A stretch of DNA of 64,000 nucleotides from Candidatus Undivivens industriae (GCA_012514745.1 JAAYZR010000001.1:7877-71876), one strand, 5' to 3'; shown: positions 9,607-19,332, counted from the stretch's first letter. Notes: generated by a model from the letters alone, not told the origin. Program-made: numbers and translations.

Positions 9607-10635
9607 ATGGCGGAGTTGCGCAGGGATCCCATAACCGGCCGCTGGATAATCGTGCAGACGGAGAATCCGGATGTCCCGGGCGATTACGTTTACGAACCCA
9701 ACGTCATAAAAGGGGACGACGATTGTCCTTTTTGTTACGGCAGTGAGGCAATGACTCCTCCGGAAATTGAGGTCTGCCGCGAGCCGTCCACCAATCCTAA
9801 CACGCCCGGCTGGGGCGTCAGGGTGGTCGCCAACAGGTTCCCCGCCCTGCATATAGAGGGGGATATCAACAGGCGCGGGATCGGGATGTATGATATGTCA
9901 AACGGGGTGGGCGCGCACGAGGTTTTGATAGAGACGCCGTATCATTTCAAGGATTTCCCCGAACTTACCGACCGTGAAGTGGCTCTGGTATTTTCCATGG
10001 CCATACGCAGGTCGCTGGACCTGATGCGGGACAAACGTTTCAAATACATAATGATCTTTAAGAATTACGGCCACGACGCCGGGGCTTCCATCGAACATCC
10101 GCACAGCCAGATCATCGCCCTGCCGATGGTGCCCAAGAACGTTATGGAAGAGATAAAAGGGGCGCAGAATTATTTCGATTACCGCGAGCGTTGTCTGTTC
10201 TGCGATATCCTGCTGCAGGAAAAAGAGGAGAAAAAGCGCATCGTCGCGGAGAACGAGCATTTTCTGGCTTTTTGCCCGTATGTTTCCCGTTTCCCGTTCG
10301 AGATATGGGTGATGCCCAAGGTGCACAACGGTTATTTCTGCAATATGCCCGAACACGAGCGCCTGCCTCTGGCTTCCATAATGCGCTCGGTGGTGGCAAA
10401 GACAAAAAAAGTCTTTCCAAATATGGCATATAACTTTATAATACATTCTTCACCCGTTAACGGAGATTCCGCGGAGCGGGGGGATTACCATTGGCATATC
10501 GAATTTATACCTAAGTTGACCAGGATCGCCGGATTCGAATGGGGGACGGGGTTCTATATGATCCCCACGCCTCCGGAAGCGGCGGCAGCGTATTTGAATG
10601 AGCAGGAAGAGGAATTGAAATCAATAGAGCAATGA
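9607..10635 (+). CDS. galT: GalT-family nucleotidyltransferase paralogue B (catalytic HPHSQ intact)
   Basis: CPFC, NRFPAL, GASIEHPHSQ and AGFEWGTG motifs; ATG directly abuts the stop codon of paralogue A. Confidence 0.9.
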   Translation: MAELRRDPITGRWIIVQTENPDVPGDYVYEPNVIKGDDDCPFCYGSEAMTPPEIEVCREPSTNPNTPGWGVRVVANRFPALHIEGDINRRGIGMYDMSNGVGAHEVLIETPYHFKDFPELTDREVALVFSMAIRRSLDLMRDKRFKYIMIFKNYGHDAGASIEHPHSQIIALPMVPKNVMEEIKGAQNYFDYRERCLFCDILLQEKEEKKRIVAENEHFLAFCPYVSRFPFEIWVMPKVHNGYFCNMPEHERLPLASIMRSVVAKTKKVFPNMAYNFIIHSSPVNGDSAERGDYHWHIEFIPKLTRIAGFEWGTGFYMIPTPPEAAAAYLNEQEEELKSIEQ

Positions 10636-10697
10636 AGCGGCCGAAATAATCGCGGGAACAACGAAGTGGAACAGGCGAAAAGAAGGAGGAAAAGGAA

Positions 10698-11717
10698 ATG
10701 GCGGTAAAAGTTGGAATTAACGGGTTCGGCAGGATCGGAAGGCTGGTTTACAGGGCCGCACTGCAGAAGAAATCTACGAAATTCGACTTCGTCGCGGTAA
10801 ACGACCTGCCGGTCGGGACCAAGACGCTGGCGCACATGCTTAAATACGATTCTACTTTCGGCACTCTCGATGCCGAGATAGAGGCCAAAGAGGATTCTTT
10901 GGTTATAAACGGCAAGATCGTCAAGGTAGTGAGCTGCAAAAGCCCCGCGGAGATACCCTGGAAGGACCTCGGAGTGGAAGTCGTCGTGGAGTCCACCGGA
11001 GTATTCACCGAGAGGGAGAAATGTATCGGCCATATCGAGAAGGGCGGCGCCAAGAAGATAGTTATTTCCGCGCCCGCTAAAGGCGAAGATATAACGATCG
11101 TTCTCGGAGTCAATGAGGCCAAATACGACCCCAAGAGCCATAACATAATCTCCAACGCTTCCTGCACCACCAACTGTTTGGCGCCCATGGCTAAGGTGCT
11201 GATGGACAACTTCGGCATCGTAAACGGGTTGATGACCACCATCCATTCTTACACCAACGACCAGCGTATTCTGGATCTGGCGCATAAAGACCTGCGCCGC
11301 GCCAGGGCCGCCGCGGTCTCGATGATCCCGACCTCTACCGGCGCCGCCAAGGCAATAGGCGCGGTAATACCGGAGTTAAAGGGAAAGATGGATGGGTTGG
11401 CGATCAGGGTGCCTACGCCGGATGTGTCAATGACCGATCTGACGTGCAATCTTGAAAAAGAGACCGACGCGGAGTCCGTTAACGCGGCTTTCAAGAAGGC
11501 TTCTGAAGGGGCGTTGAAGGGTATATTGAGATATATGGATGAACCGCTGGTTTCAAAGGACTTCTGCGGTTCGACGCATTCCTGCATCGTGGATTCGGCG
11601 TTGACCAAGGTGCTAAACGGCAAATTCGCCAAGGTAATGGCCTGGTATGATAATGAATGGGCCTACTCCTGCAGGGTGGTGGACCTGGTGGATTATATCG
11701 TTTCAAAAGGGCTGTAA
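10698..11717 (+). CDS. gap: Type I glyceraldehyde-3-phosphate dehydrogenase
   Basis: [18 protein letters not shown] and WYDNEW motifs; strong SD aggagga. Confidence 0.98.
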   Translation: MAVKVGINGFGRIGRLVYRAALQKKSTKFDFVAVNDLPVGTKTLAHMLKYDSTFGTLDAEIEAKEDSLVINGKIVKVVSCKSPAEIPWKDLGVEVVVESTGVFTEREKCIGHIEKGGAKKIVISAPAKGEDITIVLGVNEAKYDPKSHNIISNASCTTNCLAPMAKVLMDNFGIVNGLMTTIHSYTNDQRILDLAHKDLRRARAAAVSMIPTSTGAAKAIGAVIPELKGKMDGLAIRVPTPDVSMTDLTCNLEKETDAESVNAAFKKASEGALKGILRYMDEPLVSKDFCGSTHSCIVDSALTKVLNGKFAKVMAWYDNEWAYSCRVVDLVDYIVSKGL

Positions 11718-11731
11718 TTACCGGTAATACC

Positions 11732-11772
11732 AAAAAATCGGGGCCGCGGTCTTATGATCGCGGCCCTTTTTT
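11732..11772 (+). terminator. Intrinsic terminator after gap (possibly bidirectional)
   Basis: A6 run, then stem gggccgcggtc / gatcgcggccc, then T6. Confidence 0.85.
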
Positions 11773-12112
11773 CGCTCCGGCTAAAGCGGGATGGGGTTAG
11801 ATAATATATAAGCAGGCGCGAGGAAAATTCTTTTAAAAAGTGTTAACTTAAGCAAAAGTAGGAAGATTACCTGGAAATCCCCGTTTTTATGTGTTAAATT
11901 TTAAGCAAGATGCAAGAGTCTCCGGCTCAAGTCCGGGGAGTTTCTTTTGCAAGTCTTCGAAAATCGGTCCCGCCTTAAAAAATTTGGATCTTATCAGTCC
12001 AAAACCTTCCAATGGCCACCAGATACTTAGTTTGCGGTTATTTAAACCGGCAAACGCAGGGGCGCCAAGTGTGGAACTCCTGAAAGAAAAAAAGTGGCAA
12101 AAGGAGGGTGAA

Positions 12113-13318
12113 ATGAAAAAACTGCTTATAATCTTAGGGGTAGGATTATTAAGCGCGGTTTTGCCTTTCGGCAAAGCTATGTCTTGGGGCAGTTCGTTTA
12201 GTCCCGCGTCATTTTCCACGATCGCGGCGACTTCCGATTCCGGAGGCGGAGGCGTCTCCTGGAGCAGCCCGGCGTCCTACGGCTGGGAAGCCGGAGACGG
12301 AGGCACCTGGTCAAGGGTATCCGGCATCCAGAGCGCGACTTCCATAATCGACAGATCCACCCGGGATTCGGTTTACAGCGTTTCTTTCCTCGATACTTAC
12401 GGTTCCTTCGGCAGAACGTCGGTTTTCCGGACGCAGGACAGTGACTTGGGAGATGTTGAAGGCGTCGGCAGGGTTACGCAAAAGCTTACCTGGGAGGATG
12501 TTACTTTCACCACCCCGTCGTTTTACTTCGGGGGCGCAACTGTCAAAGAACACGAGAATACCGTCACAAAAGAAACTACCACCACCACTATTAGTCAGCT
12601 CATGACTCCCACCGGGAGCAGTATTGCCGATACAAGTACCGGCAGTAAACTCCTTGTAAAACTTTCCGGGGAGAGCGTAATACCGGAAAAGAGCGGCACG
12701 GCCTTCCAGGACAAGCTGGATTCTCTTCTGGCAGGAGAAGGCGAGAAATTCATGGTTTTCGGAAAAGAAGGGGATCCGGTGAAGGCGTCCGGACTCTCCG
12801 ATAACCTGGGTAGTATAAACTTTAAGGAGAAGATGCTGGCGGCTGTGACAAGTTCCGAGCGGCCGGTGCAACTAAGCCGGGGTGATGTATCCGCCGTAAA
12901 CCTGCGGACATATACTCTGGACAAGAAGACTGATGTCGATAAGGAGGTGCTTAGCTCTACGTTCAGGAGCGAAAGCGCCGTTGCTCACGAACAGTTTGTT
13001 CCGTCTTCTCAATACACGCAAACCTTTTTTGCCGGTGTCGCTTATGATATAACTCCGGAGGAAAAACCGGTGCCTTCAGAGGAAAAACCGGTAGAACCTT
13101 CCAAGAGCGGCGGAGGAGGATCTAAAGGCGGGAAGGATGATGCTACGGCAACACTGCATATGAAAGACGGTTCGATCTATAAAGTTACCGCCCCCACACA
13201 AGGGCAGGCGATAGATAAGGCAGCCGCTTTGGCGGACGAGGGGGGGAATGTTGCCGCTGTAATCGGTGTTGAAGGGAAAAAGGTCAGAGACTCAAGCAAT
13301 TGCTTCGGGAAATGTTAA
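12113..13318 (+). CDS. Hypothetical secreted protein, S/T-rich
   Basis: Start placed at ATG 12113 (SD aaggagg, signal peptide MKKLLIILGVGLLSAVLPFGKA) rather than 11891. No family recognised. Confidence 0.7.
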   Translation: MKKLLIILGVGLLSAVLPFGKAMSWGSSFSPASFSTIAATSDSGGGGVSWSSPASYGWEAGDGGTWSRVSGIQSATSIIDRSTRDSVYSVSFLDTYGSFGRTSVFRTQDSDLGDVEGVGRVTQKLTWEDVTFTTPSFYFGGATVKEHENTVTKETTTTTISQLMTPTGSSIADTSTGSKLLVKLSGESVIPEKSGTAFQDKLDSLLAGEGEKFMVFGKEGDPVKASGLSDNLGSINFKEKMLAAVTSSERPVQLSRGDVSAVNLRTYTLDKKTDVDKEVLSSTFRSESAVAHEQFVPSSQYTQTFFAGVAYDITPEEKPVPSEEKPVEPSKSGGGGSKGGKDDATATLHMKDGSIYKVTAPTQGQAIDKAAALADEGGNVAAVIGVEGKKVRDSSNCFGKC

Positions 13319-13536
13319 AAGAAGGGTTATTTTAAAGCAGAAAAAACCGGCGGGTTTCTATGTAAAACGAAGCAAAATTCAGCTCAGTGGCTTGAAATAT
13401 AGGGTGATTTTGTGTTACCTTTGGTATATACGTTCCAGATAACCGAGGATCGAAATTAGAAAGTTGATCGTCCGCCCCTGAAACTTTAGAACTTGTTGGC
13501 GCAGTGGGGAGAGGAAATATATAGAGGAGAGTTTTT

Positions 13537-14577
13537 ATGCGGAAAAGTCTGGTTCTTTTTGTCGCGATCCTGTCCCTGTTCCCATGCTCTTTTGTTTCGG
13601 CATACGACGGTTATATTGACGATGGGCTGATGGAGGAGTCGTCCGGTTCTTCAATGGTAACACCGGCATCTCAATCAGATGAGATATCGGTCGAATCGGT
13701 AAGGGCCCTCCGGGAAGAGTTCTTGAATGAAATCTCGGGCGATATCTGTTACGAAGCTTTTGAAGAATGGGGTTTTGTCCCTGACCAGAGGGTGCTGGAA
13801 TCGGCTGTCTTTTTCGCGGATGCCTGGGCGCTGACGGACTTCAACATTGATTTCGATTACGACATTATCACGGTCGGGCAGACATCCGATAATTCTCCTG
13901 TTTCTATCACCCGGGACAGCGGAGGCGGCATCGAGGTGCGCTTTGACGCCGATTTCCTGAAAGAATACGAGCTCAACGGAAAACGCGGCGAAGTCCTGGA
14001 TTCCATCGTGGAAGACTATAAGGAGGCGGCCGTCGAAGCGGTCAAAGAGGCTATTTCGGTCTTATACGACGACGGGAAAGGGACGGCGCCCGTGGAAGGT
14101 CCCGGCCTGGTAGAGCTCAATGTTCCCGAAAGGGAGGCTTCCGAATCCGAAGGGGCCTGTTTGCCGGTGGAGTATCTGCCCGATAAATTCTTGCAGGAAA
14201 TGCAGATGAGCGCCGCGTTTTTCGAGATAGAGAACGGCCTCTCCCGCCTTGAAAACGAAGCAGCCGAATATTTCCAGGGAGGAGTCAATCCGTATGAGGG
14301 AATAACCGATTCCTTCAGGGCGTTCGCGGATAACGTGAAGTATTCCTACGTTAATTTGAGCGATCTCAAGATAAGTTCGGGGATCGCGCTCAACACCCAG
14401 ACCGGCATGCTGGCGGTTGACCCTACCTACGCCGTAGTTATGCAGGATTATTTCCATAATGGATACGCTTCGGCGGCCATAGTTTCGTATGCCGACGGGC
14501 TTTATTCGGCCTGGCTTGCCGCGCAGAACTCCGCGCTTTCTTCGCCGCAATCCGTGGCACAGTCGGAAATCGAGTAA
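13537..14577 (+). CDS. Hypothetical secreted acidic protein
   Basis: SD gaggag; signal peptide MRKSLVLFVAILSLFPCSFVSA; D/E-rich; followed by a terminator. Confidence 0.7.
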   Translation: MRKSLVLFVAILSLFPCSFVSAYDGYIDDGLMEESSGSSMVTPASQSDEISVESVRALREEFLNEISGDICYEAFEEWGFVPDQRVLESAVFFADAWALTDFNIDFDYDIITVGQTSDNSPVSITRDSGGGIEVRFDADFLKEYELNGKRGEVLDSIVEDYKEAAVEAVKEAISVLYDDGKGTAPVEGPGLVELNVPEREASESEGACLPVEYLPDKFLQEMQMSAAFFEIENGLSRLENEAAEYFQGGVNPYEGITDSFRAFADNVKYSYVNLSDLKISSGIALNTQTGMLAVDPTYAVVMQDYFHNGYASAAIVSYADGLYSAWLAAQNSALSSPQSVAQSEIE

Positions 14578-14597
14578 GCACCTTTTGCAAGATCATT

Positions 14598-14638
14598 AAC
14601 CGGACGGTCCAGCTTTTGCCAACCGTCCGGTTTTTTTT
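14598..14638 (+). terminator. Intrinsic terminator
   Basis: Stem aaccggacggt / accgtccggtt running into a T8 tract. Confidence 0.9.
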
Positions 14639-14752
14639 GTCTAAAGGCAAGGCCGGATAGATATCCTGTTCCGATTATTCCCAATCTACTGCTGGAGTCC
14701 GTCGAAGGGAGACAAGACAAGGGAGCGGACACATATTGCATTTTCTTATATT

Positions 14753-15487
14753 TTGAGAGTGATGCACGATGAGGGAGTGTTTCGCTCGACGGCATTCCTG
14801 GGGGGCACCGCATTAAGGTTCCTTTATGATCTTCCCCGTTTTTCCGATGATCTTGATTTTTCCTTGGAAGGCAAGCAGAAGGCCGGTTTTTCTTCAGTGC
14901 TTAAAAAAATAATGTTTGAACTTAAATCTTCCGGATACGAAGTGTCGGCCGTTTATGACGACACAAGAACAGTGAATTCGGCTTTCATCAAATTCTCCGG
15001 GTTGATGTTCGAAGCCGGGATCTCGCCTTTAAAGAGCCGGAAATTCTCGCTGAAGATTGAAATTGATAATAACCCTGCGCGGGGAGCCGTCCTTGAAACG
15101 AGAGTCGTGAACAAATATTTCCCTATTTCATTTCTGTCATATGAAGTCAACTCTCTTTTCGCAGGCAAACTACATGCTTTATTAAGCAGAAAATATGCCA
15201 AAGGCAGGGATTATTTTGACCTTGGCTGGTATCTTTCGAAGTGGAATGGTTTGCAGCCGAACATAGCTTTGCTTACAAATGCCTTACGCCAGACCGGGTG
15301 GAAGGAGAGTATGCCCGACAAGGACAATTGGCGGCAGATTATTTATGACGCGGTCAATAAAACGAACTGGGCTAAAGTAAAGAAGGACGTGGAAAATTTT
15401 CTTGAGAATCAGTCTGATCTTTCCGTATTCACCAAAGACAACGTGCTCGGTTTATTGACTAAATCGCAACCGTCCGCTGACAGGTAA
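14753..15487 (+). CDS. AbiEii/AbiGii-family nucleotidyltransferase (type IV TA toxin-like), probably 5'-truncated
   Basis: FLGGTAL, RFSDDLDF and KLHALLSR..KGRDYFD motifs; TTG start without a clear SD. Confidence 0.8.
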   Translation: MRVMHDEGVFRSTAFLGGTALRFLYDLPRFSDDLDFSLEGKQKAGFSSVLKKIMFELKSSGYEVSAVYDDTRTVNSAFIKFSGLMFEAGISPLKSRKFSLKIEIDNNPARGAVLETRVVNKYFPISFLSYEVNSLFAGKLHALLSRKYAKGRDYFDLGWYLSKWNGLQPNIALLTNALRQTGWKESMPDKDNWRQIIYDAVNKTNWAKVKKDVENFLENQSDLSVFTKDNVLGLLTKSQPSADR

Positions 15488-15562
15488 AATGCACTTCTGA
15501 GCGCTGTTTCCCCTCTGAGGCAAGGCTCTACGGTATCATCCCAGAAACTGAAGTTTCTTCGA

Positions 15563-15590
15563 TTGATTTTTCTCTCTATCAGTATATAAT
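15563..15590 (+). promoter_or_regulatory. Sigma70-type promoter of the C1 peptidase gene (likely leaderless transcript)
   Basis: TTGATT-16 bp-TATAAT ending 6 nt before ATG 15597; no SD. Confidence 0.6.
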
Positions 15591-15596
15591 ATAGTA

Positions 15597-16469
15597 ATGG
15601 CGCATGTTTTTAAACTGGGGTGCCTGAAGGATTATCAGGATCCTCGGGATATCCCTATGGGTTTGCTTTTGCCGGTGGTTAAACTCCCGCCGCGCCTGGA
15701 TTATGCCCCGGAGATGTCTCCTGTCCGGGACCAGGGGGCGGAAGGGACCTGCGTGGCCTTTGCCGGGACGGTCGGGGTCAAAGAGTATTTTGACGGCAAG
15801 GAGTACCGCAGATACGTTCCGCTTTCGCCGCGGTATGTATATGCCAATTGTAAGAAACTGGACGGGATACCGGAGAGCGAAGGCACCTATCCCAGGGTGG
15901 CGATGAAAGTGCTTTTTAAAAAAGGCGCCTGCCTGGAATCAACCTGGCCATATAAGCCCTATCAGACGGATAAACCCAAAAGAAACGCCGACGTTCAGGC
16001 GCTGAAATACCGTATTAAGGCCTACGCCCGCCTGAAAAATGTGAAAGAGATGAAGAGAAGCCTGTTGGTAAACGGGCCTTTCCTCGGTGGAATGCTCGTG
16101 TTTTCCGGCTGGTTGAGCGAAAAGACGGCCGAAAACGGCAAGGTTCCGATGCCGCGCAAAAATGAAGAAGAACTGGGCGGGCACGCCGTTTGCGTTTGCG
16201 GTTATAACGACAAAACCGGGTTGTTCAAGTTCAAGAATTCCTGGGGAAAAGCCTGGGGAGATTCCGGTTACGGTTATCTGAAATACGACTACGTCGGGCG
16301 TTACTGCCTTGACGCCTGGTCCGCCACCGACCTGCTCGAGGACCCGGCAAAACTCGCGGCCGCGATGGGGAGGAATGCACGAGCGGATTCCGTAAAAAAC
16401 CGTTTGAAATATCGCGAAGTACTGCTTCGGGCATTCCGCCCGAAAGGTATTGAAGAGCGCCACTTGTAA
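15597..16469 (+). CDS. Papain-like C1 family cysteine peptidase
   Basis: RDQGAEGTCVAF (Gln, Cys), GGHAV (His) and FKNSWG..WG..GYG (Asn) motifs. Confidence 0.92.
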   Translation: MAHVFKLGCLKDYQDPRDIPMGLLLPVVKLPPRLDYAPEMSPVRDQGAEGTCVAFAGTVGVKEYFDGKEYRRYVPLSPRYVYANCKKLDGIPESEGTYPRVAMKVLFKKGACLESTWPYKPYQTDKPKRNADVQALKYRIKAYARLKNVKEMKRSLLVNGPFLGGMLVFSGWLSEKTAENGKVPMPRKNEEELGGHAVCVCGYNDKTGLFKFKNSWGKAWGDSGYGYLKYDYVGRYCLDAWSATDLLEDPAKLAAAMGRNARADSVKNRLKYREVLLRAFRPKGIEERHL

Positions 16470-16638
16470 GTAAAACATATTACAACTGTAATATAAAAAT
16501 ATTACGGCGTTTTTTGAAAAGCGCCTTTCCATTTACGGTTATCTGAAATACGACTACGTCGGGCGTTACTGCCTTGACGCCTGGTCCGCCACCGACCTGA
16601 TCGAGAATCCGGCAAAACTCGCGGCCGCGATGGGGAGG
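16268..16638 (+). repeat. 106-bp direct repeat (16268-16373 and 16533-16638)
   Basis: Direct alignment shows 3 mismatches; the second copy lies downstream of the peptidase stop codon. Confidence 0.95.
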
Positions 16639-16741
16639 CAGTTCACCGCGTAGAGCCTCCGGCAAGCAGACGATAACAAAGCGCCTGTCTTAAGCTGAAC
16701 ATACTTTTATTTCGCAAAATCTACTAAGCAACAGGATAAGT

Positions 16742-18226
16742 GTGAACAGAAATACGAAAAAGGTAGAAGGTATCGTTACAGGACGGCGTTACGCAGTCCT
16801 GTTGGCCGGCGGGCAGGGCAGCCGTTTTTGGCCGTTGAGCCGGACTCTGGAGCCCAAACAGTTTCTTTCGCTTTCAGGCCCCAATAGCCTGTTTGAAGAG
16901 ACTGTATTGCGTCTTCATACGCTTGTGCCCGCGGAAAATGTATATATCGTAACCTCCAGGCTTTATTTTCATCAGATCGAACAGATCACCCGTCATCATG
17001 GAATCCCTTCCGAGAATATAATTTGCGAGCCGGACGGTAGAAATACGGCGCCTTCCATAGCGGCCGCCTGCCGCCTGATAAACTTGCGGGATCCATCCGC
17101 AGAGGCTGCTGTTTTGCCGTGTGACCACTCAATTAAAAATACCGAGATTTTCAAGAACTTGCTTAATGTTTCTTTCAAGTGTTGCTCTTGCGATAGGATT
17201 ATCATTTTCGGAATAACTCCTTCAAGGCCGGCAACCGGATACGGTTATATAAAAGAAGGGGCGTTGCCGTGTATTCCCGCGTTGAAAGCGGAAGGCGGGA
17301 TAGCTCTGACGAAGATTGAAAGAAAACTCATTAAAGGAGTGGAGCGTTTCTGCGAAAAACCGGATTTGAAGGCCGCGGAAGTCTTCCTGCGAAAAGGTGG
17401 ATATTACTGGAATAGCGGCATGTTCGTCGCTTCGGTCGAAGCTTTTCTGCGTGAATTCATGAGATATATGCCGGAATTGTATTCTGCCGTCCATTGCATT
17501 GCCTCGGCACAGGATATAGATTCGGCTTGGGCGGATATAAAACCGGCGGCATTTGACTATGGAGTTCTGGAAAAAACAAATTCCCTTTTGATGTTAAAGG
17601 CCCCTGTTGATCTCGGCTGGTCTGATCTCGGTAGTTGGCAGTCCTGGGATGAAATGATAGAGAAAGATGCGCGGGGCAATAATATTCCTAATGGAGTTAT
17701 AGATATAGAGAGTAACAACACCACCGTAGTGCCGGACAAAAGGTTGATTGCGACCCTGGGGCTGGATAACGTGGTTATCGTTGACACGCCGGATGCCCTG
17801 CTTGTGGCTAGGAAAGATCGGAGTGAAGAGGTCAAGAAAGTTGTGGATTTTCTTAAAAACAGCCGCAGGCAGGAACATTACAGCCACCGCAAGGTTAAAA
17901 GGCCATGGGGCAGTTTCACGGTACTTGAGCACTTGCCGGGTTTTAAGATAAAGATGGTGGAGGTTAATCCCGGGCATGCCCTTAGTTTACAGGTGCATCG
18001 CAGGCGTTGCGAGCATTGGGTGATTGTGGAAGGCACGGCGGAGGTGACAAGGGGGGAGAATACATTCATTCTCCAGCCAAACGAGAGCACCTATATCTCC
18101 GTGGGCTGCCGCCATCGTTTAACAAATCACGGGAGGTCAGTTCTAAAAATAGTGGAGGTGCAGACAGGGGATTATTTGGAGGAGGATGATATAGAGCGTG
18201 TTCACGATAAGTATTGCCGGAAGTAA
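16742..18226 (+). CDS. manC: Mannose-1-phosphate guanylyltransferase / mannose-6-phosphate isomerase
   Basis: LAGGQGSRFWPLSR..PKQF, EPDGRNTA, WNSGMF and WSDLGSW motifs, plus a C-terminal cupin (RPWG, SLQVH..EHW). Confidence 0.95.
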   Translation: MNRNTKKVEGIVTGRRYAVLLAGGQGSRFWPLSRTLEPKQFLSLSGPNSLFEETVLRLHTLVPAENVYIVTSRLYFHQIEQITRHHGIPSENIICEPDGRNTAPSIAAACRLINLRDPSAEAAVLPCDHSIKNTEIFKNLLNVSFKCCSCDRIIIFGITPSRPATGYGYIKEGALPCIPALKAEGGIALTKIERKLIKGVERFCEKPDLKAAEVFLRKGGYYWNSGMFVASVEAFLREFMRYMPELYSAVHCIASAQDIDSAWADIKPAAFDYGVLEKTNSLLMLKAPVDLGWSDLGSWQSWDEMIEKDARGNNIPNGVIDIESNNTTVVPDKRLIATLGLDNVVIVDTPDALLVARKDRSEEVKKVVDFLKNSRRQEHYSHRKVKRPWGSFTVLEHLPGFKIKMVEVNPGHALSLQVHRRRCEHWVIVEGTAEVTRGENTFILQPNESTYISVGCRHRLTNHGRSVLKIVEVQTGDYLEEDDIERVHDKYCRK

Positions 18227-18342
18227 TTCGTGAAGAACAGCGTATTAAATCGTTGAGAGCTATTCCAATATTTTCGGCAAAGTACGGGAATGTCAACTGC
18301 TCGATATAACCTAACAACAGTTATCCGGGAGTAAAGAAAAAG

Positions 18343-19332
18343 ATGAAGACAGCGCTTATTACAGGGATCGACGGTCAGGATGGCTCATATTTATCGGAGT
18401 TATTACTTAAAAAAGGGTACCGAGTACATGGAGTAGTAAGACGGGTCGCTTTGGAAGATCCGGAACACAGGCTCTGGAGAATAAGGCACATTCAGAAAAA
18501 AGTCGCGCTTCATTCTGGTTCTCTTGAGAGTTTCGCCAGTTTATTTAAGATTGTTCATCAGATAAAGCCGGATGAATGTTATCATCTGGCGGCACAGAGT
18601 TTTGTCAGTTATTCCTTCGAGGACGAGTTCTCCACTATAAATACGAACATAAATGGCACGCATTATATTCTTGCCGCAATTAAGGAGTTGGCTCCGCGCT
18701 GTAAATTCTATTTTGCCGCTTCAAGTGAAATGTTCGGTAAAGTCAGGGAGATACCGCAGACAGAGAATACGCCTTTTCATCCGCGTTCTCCTTACGGCAT
18801 ATCGAAAGTCGCCGGTTTCGACCTGACGCGTAACTACCGCGAAGGATATGGCCTGTTCGCCTGCAACGGCATTCTTTTTAACCACGAATCCCCGCGCAGG
18901 GGGTATGAGTTCGTTACACGTAAAATAACCAATGCCGTGGCTGAGATAAAGTATGGTTTGAGCAAAGAATTACGGTTGGGTAATTTGGATGCAAAGAGGG
19001 ATTGGGGATTTTCCGGGGATTATGTGGAGGCAATGTGGCTTATGCTCCAACAGGCGAAGCCGGACGATTATGTGATTGCGACAGGTGAAACTCATACGGT
19101 AAAGGAATTCCTGGAACTGGCGTTTGAACATGCCGGGCTTGACTGGAAGAAGTATGTTAAGGTGGATAGGCGTTTTTACAGGCCGGCAGAAGTCAATCTT
19201 TTGCTTGGTGATAGTACAAAGGCCCGGAAAATGCTGGGTTGGAAGCCGAAGGTCGGGTTTGAAAAACTGGTGAGAATGATGGTTGAGGCGGATCTGGCTG
19301 CTGCCAGAATGAAGCGCGCCGCAAAACAGTAA
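18343..19332 (+). CDS. gmd: GDP-mannose 4,6-dehydratase
   Basis: ITGIDGQDGSYL, LAAQSFV, SPYGISK, FNHESPRRG and LGNLDAKRDWG motifs. Confidence 0.97.
   Translation: MKTALITGIDGQDGSYLSELLLKKGYRVHGVVRRVALEDPEHRLWRIRHIQKKVALHSGSLESFASLFKIVHQIKPDECYHLAAQSFVSYSFEDEFSTINTNINGTHYILAAIKELAPRCKFYFAASSEMFGKVREIPQTENTPFHPRSPYGISKVAGFDLTRNYREGYGLFACNGILFNHESPRRGYEFVTRKITNAVAEIKYGLSKELRLGNLDAKRDWGFSGDYVEAMWLMLQQAKPDDYVIATGETHTVKEFLELAFEHAGLDWKKYVKVDRRFYRPAEVNLLLGDSTKARKMLGWKPKVGFEKLVRMMVEADLAAARMKRAAKQ

Noticed and set aside
12040-12100. c-di-GMP-I riboswitch (ggcaaac...ggcgccaag)
   Set aside because: Lacks the GAAA-capped stem and the second hairpin; only a short resemblance.
11891-12112. N-terminal 74 codons of the 475-aa ORF
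   Set aside because: The SD and signal peptide point to ATG 12113; the extension is probably non-coding.
16268-16638. Diversity-generating retroelement VR/TR pair
   Set aside because: The geometry is suggestive and two of three mismatches are A in the downstream copy. However, the third is C/T, mismatches are few, and no reverse transcriptase is in the window.
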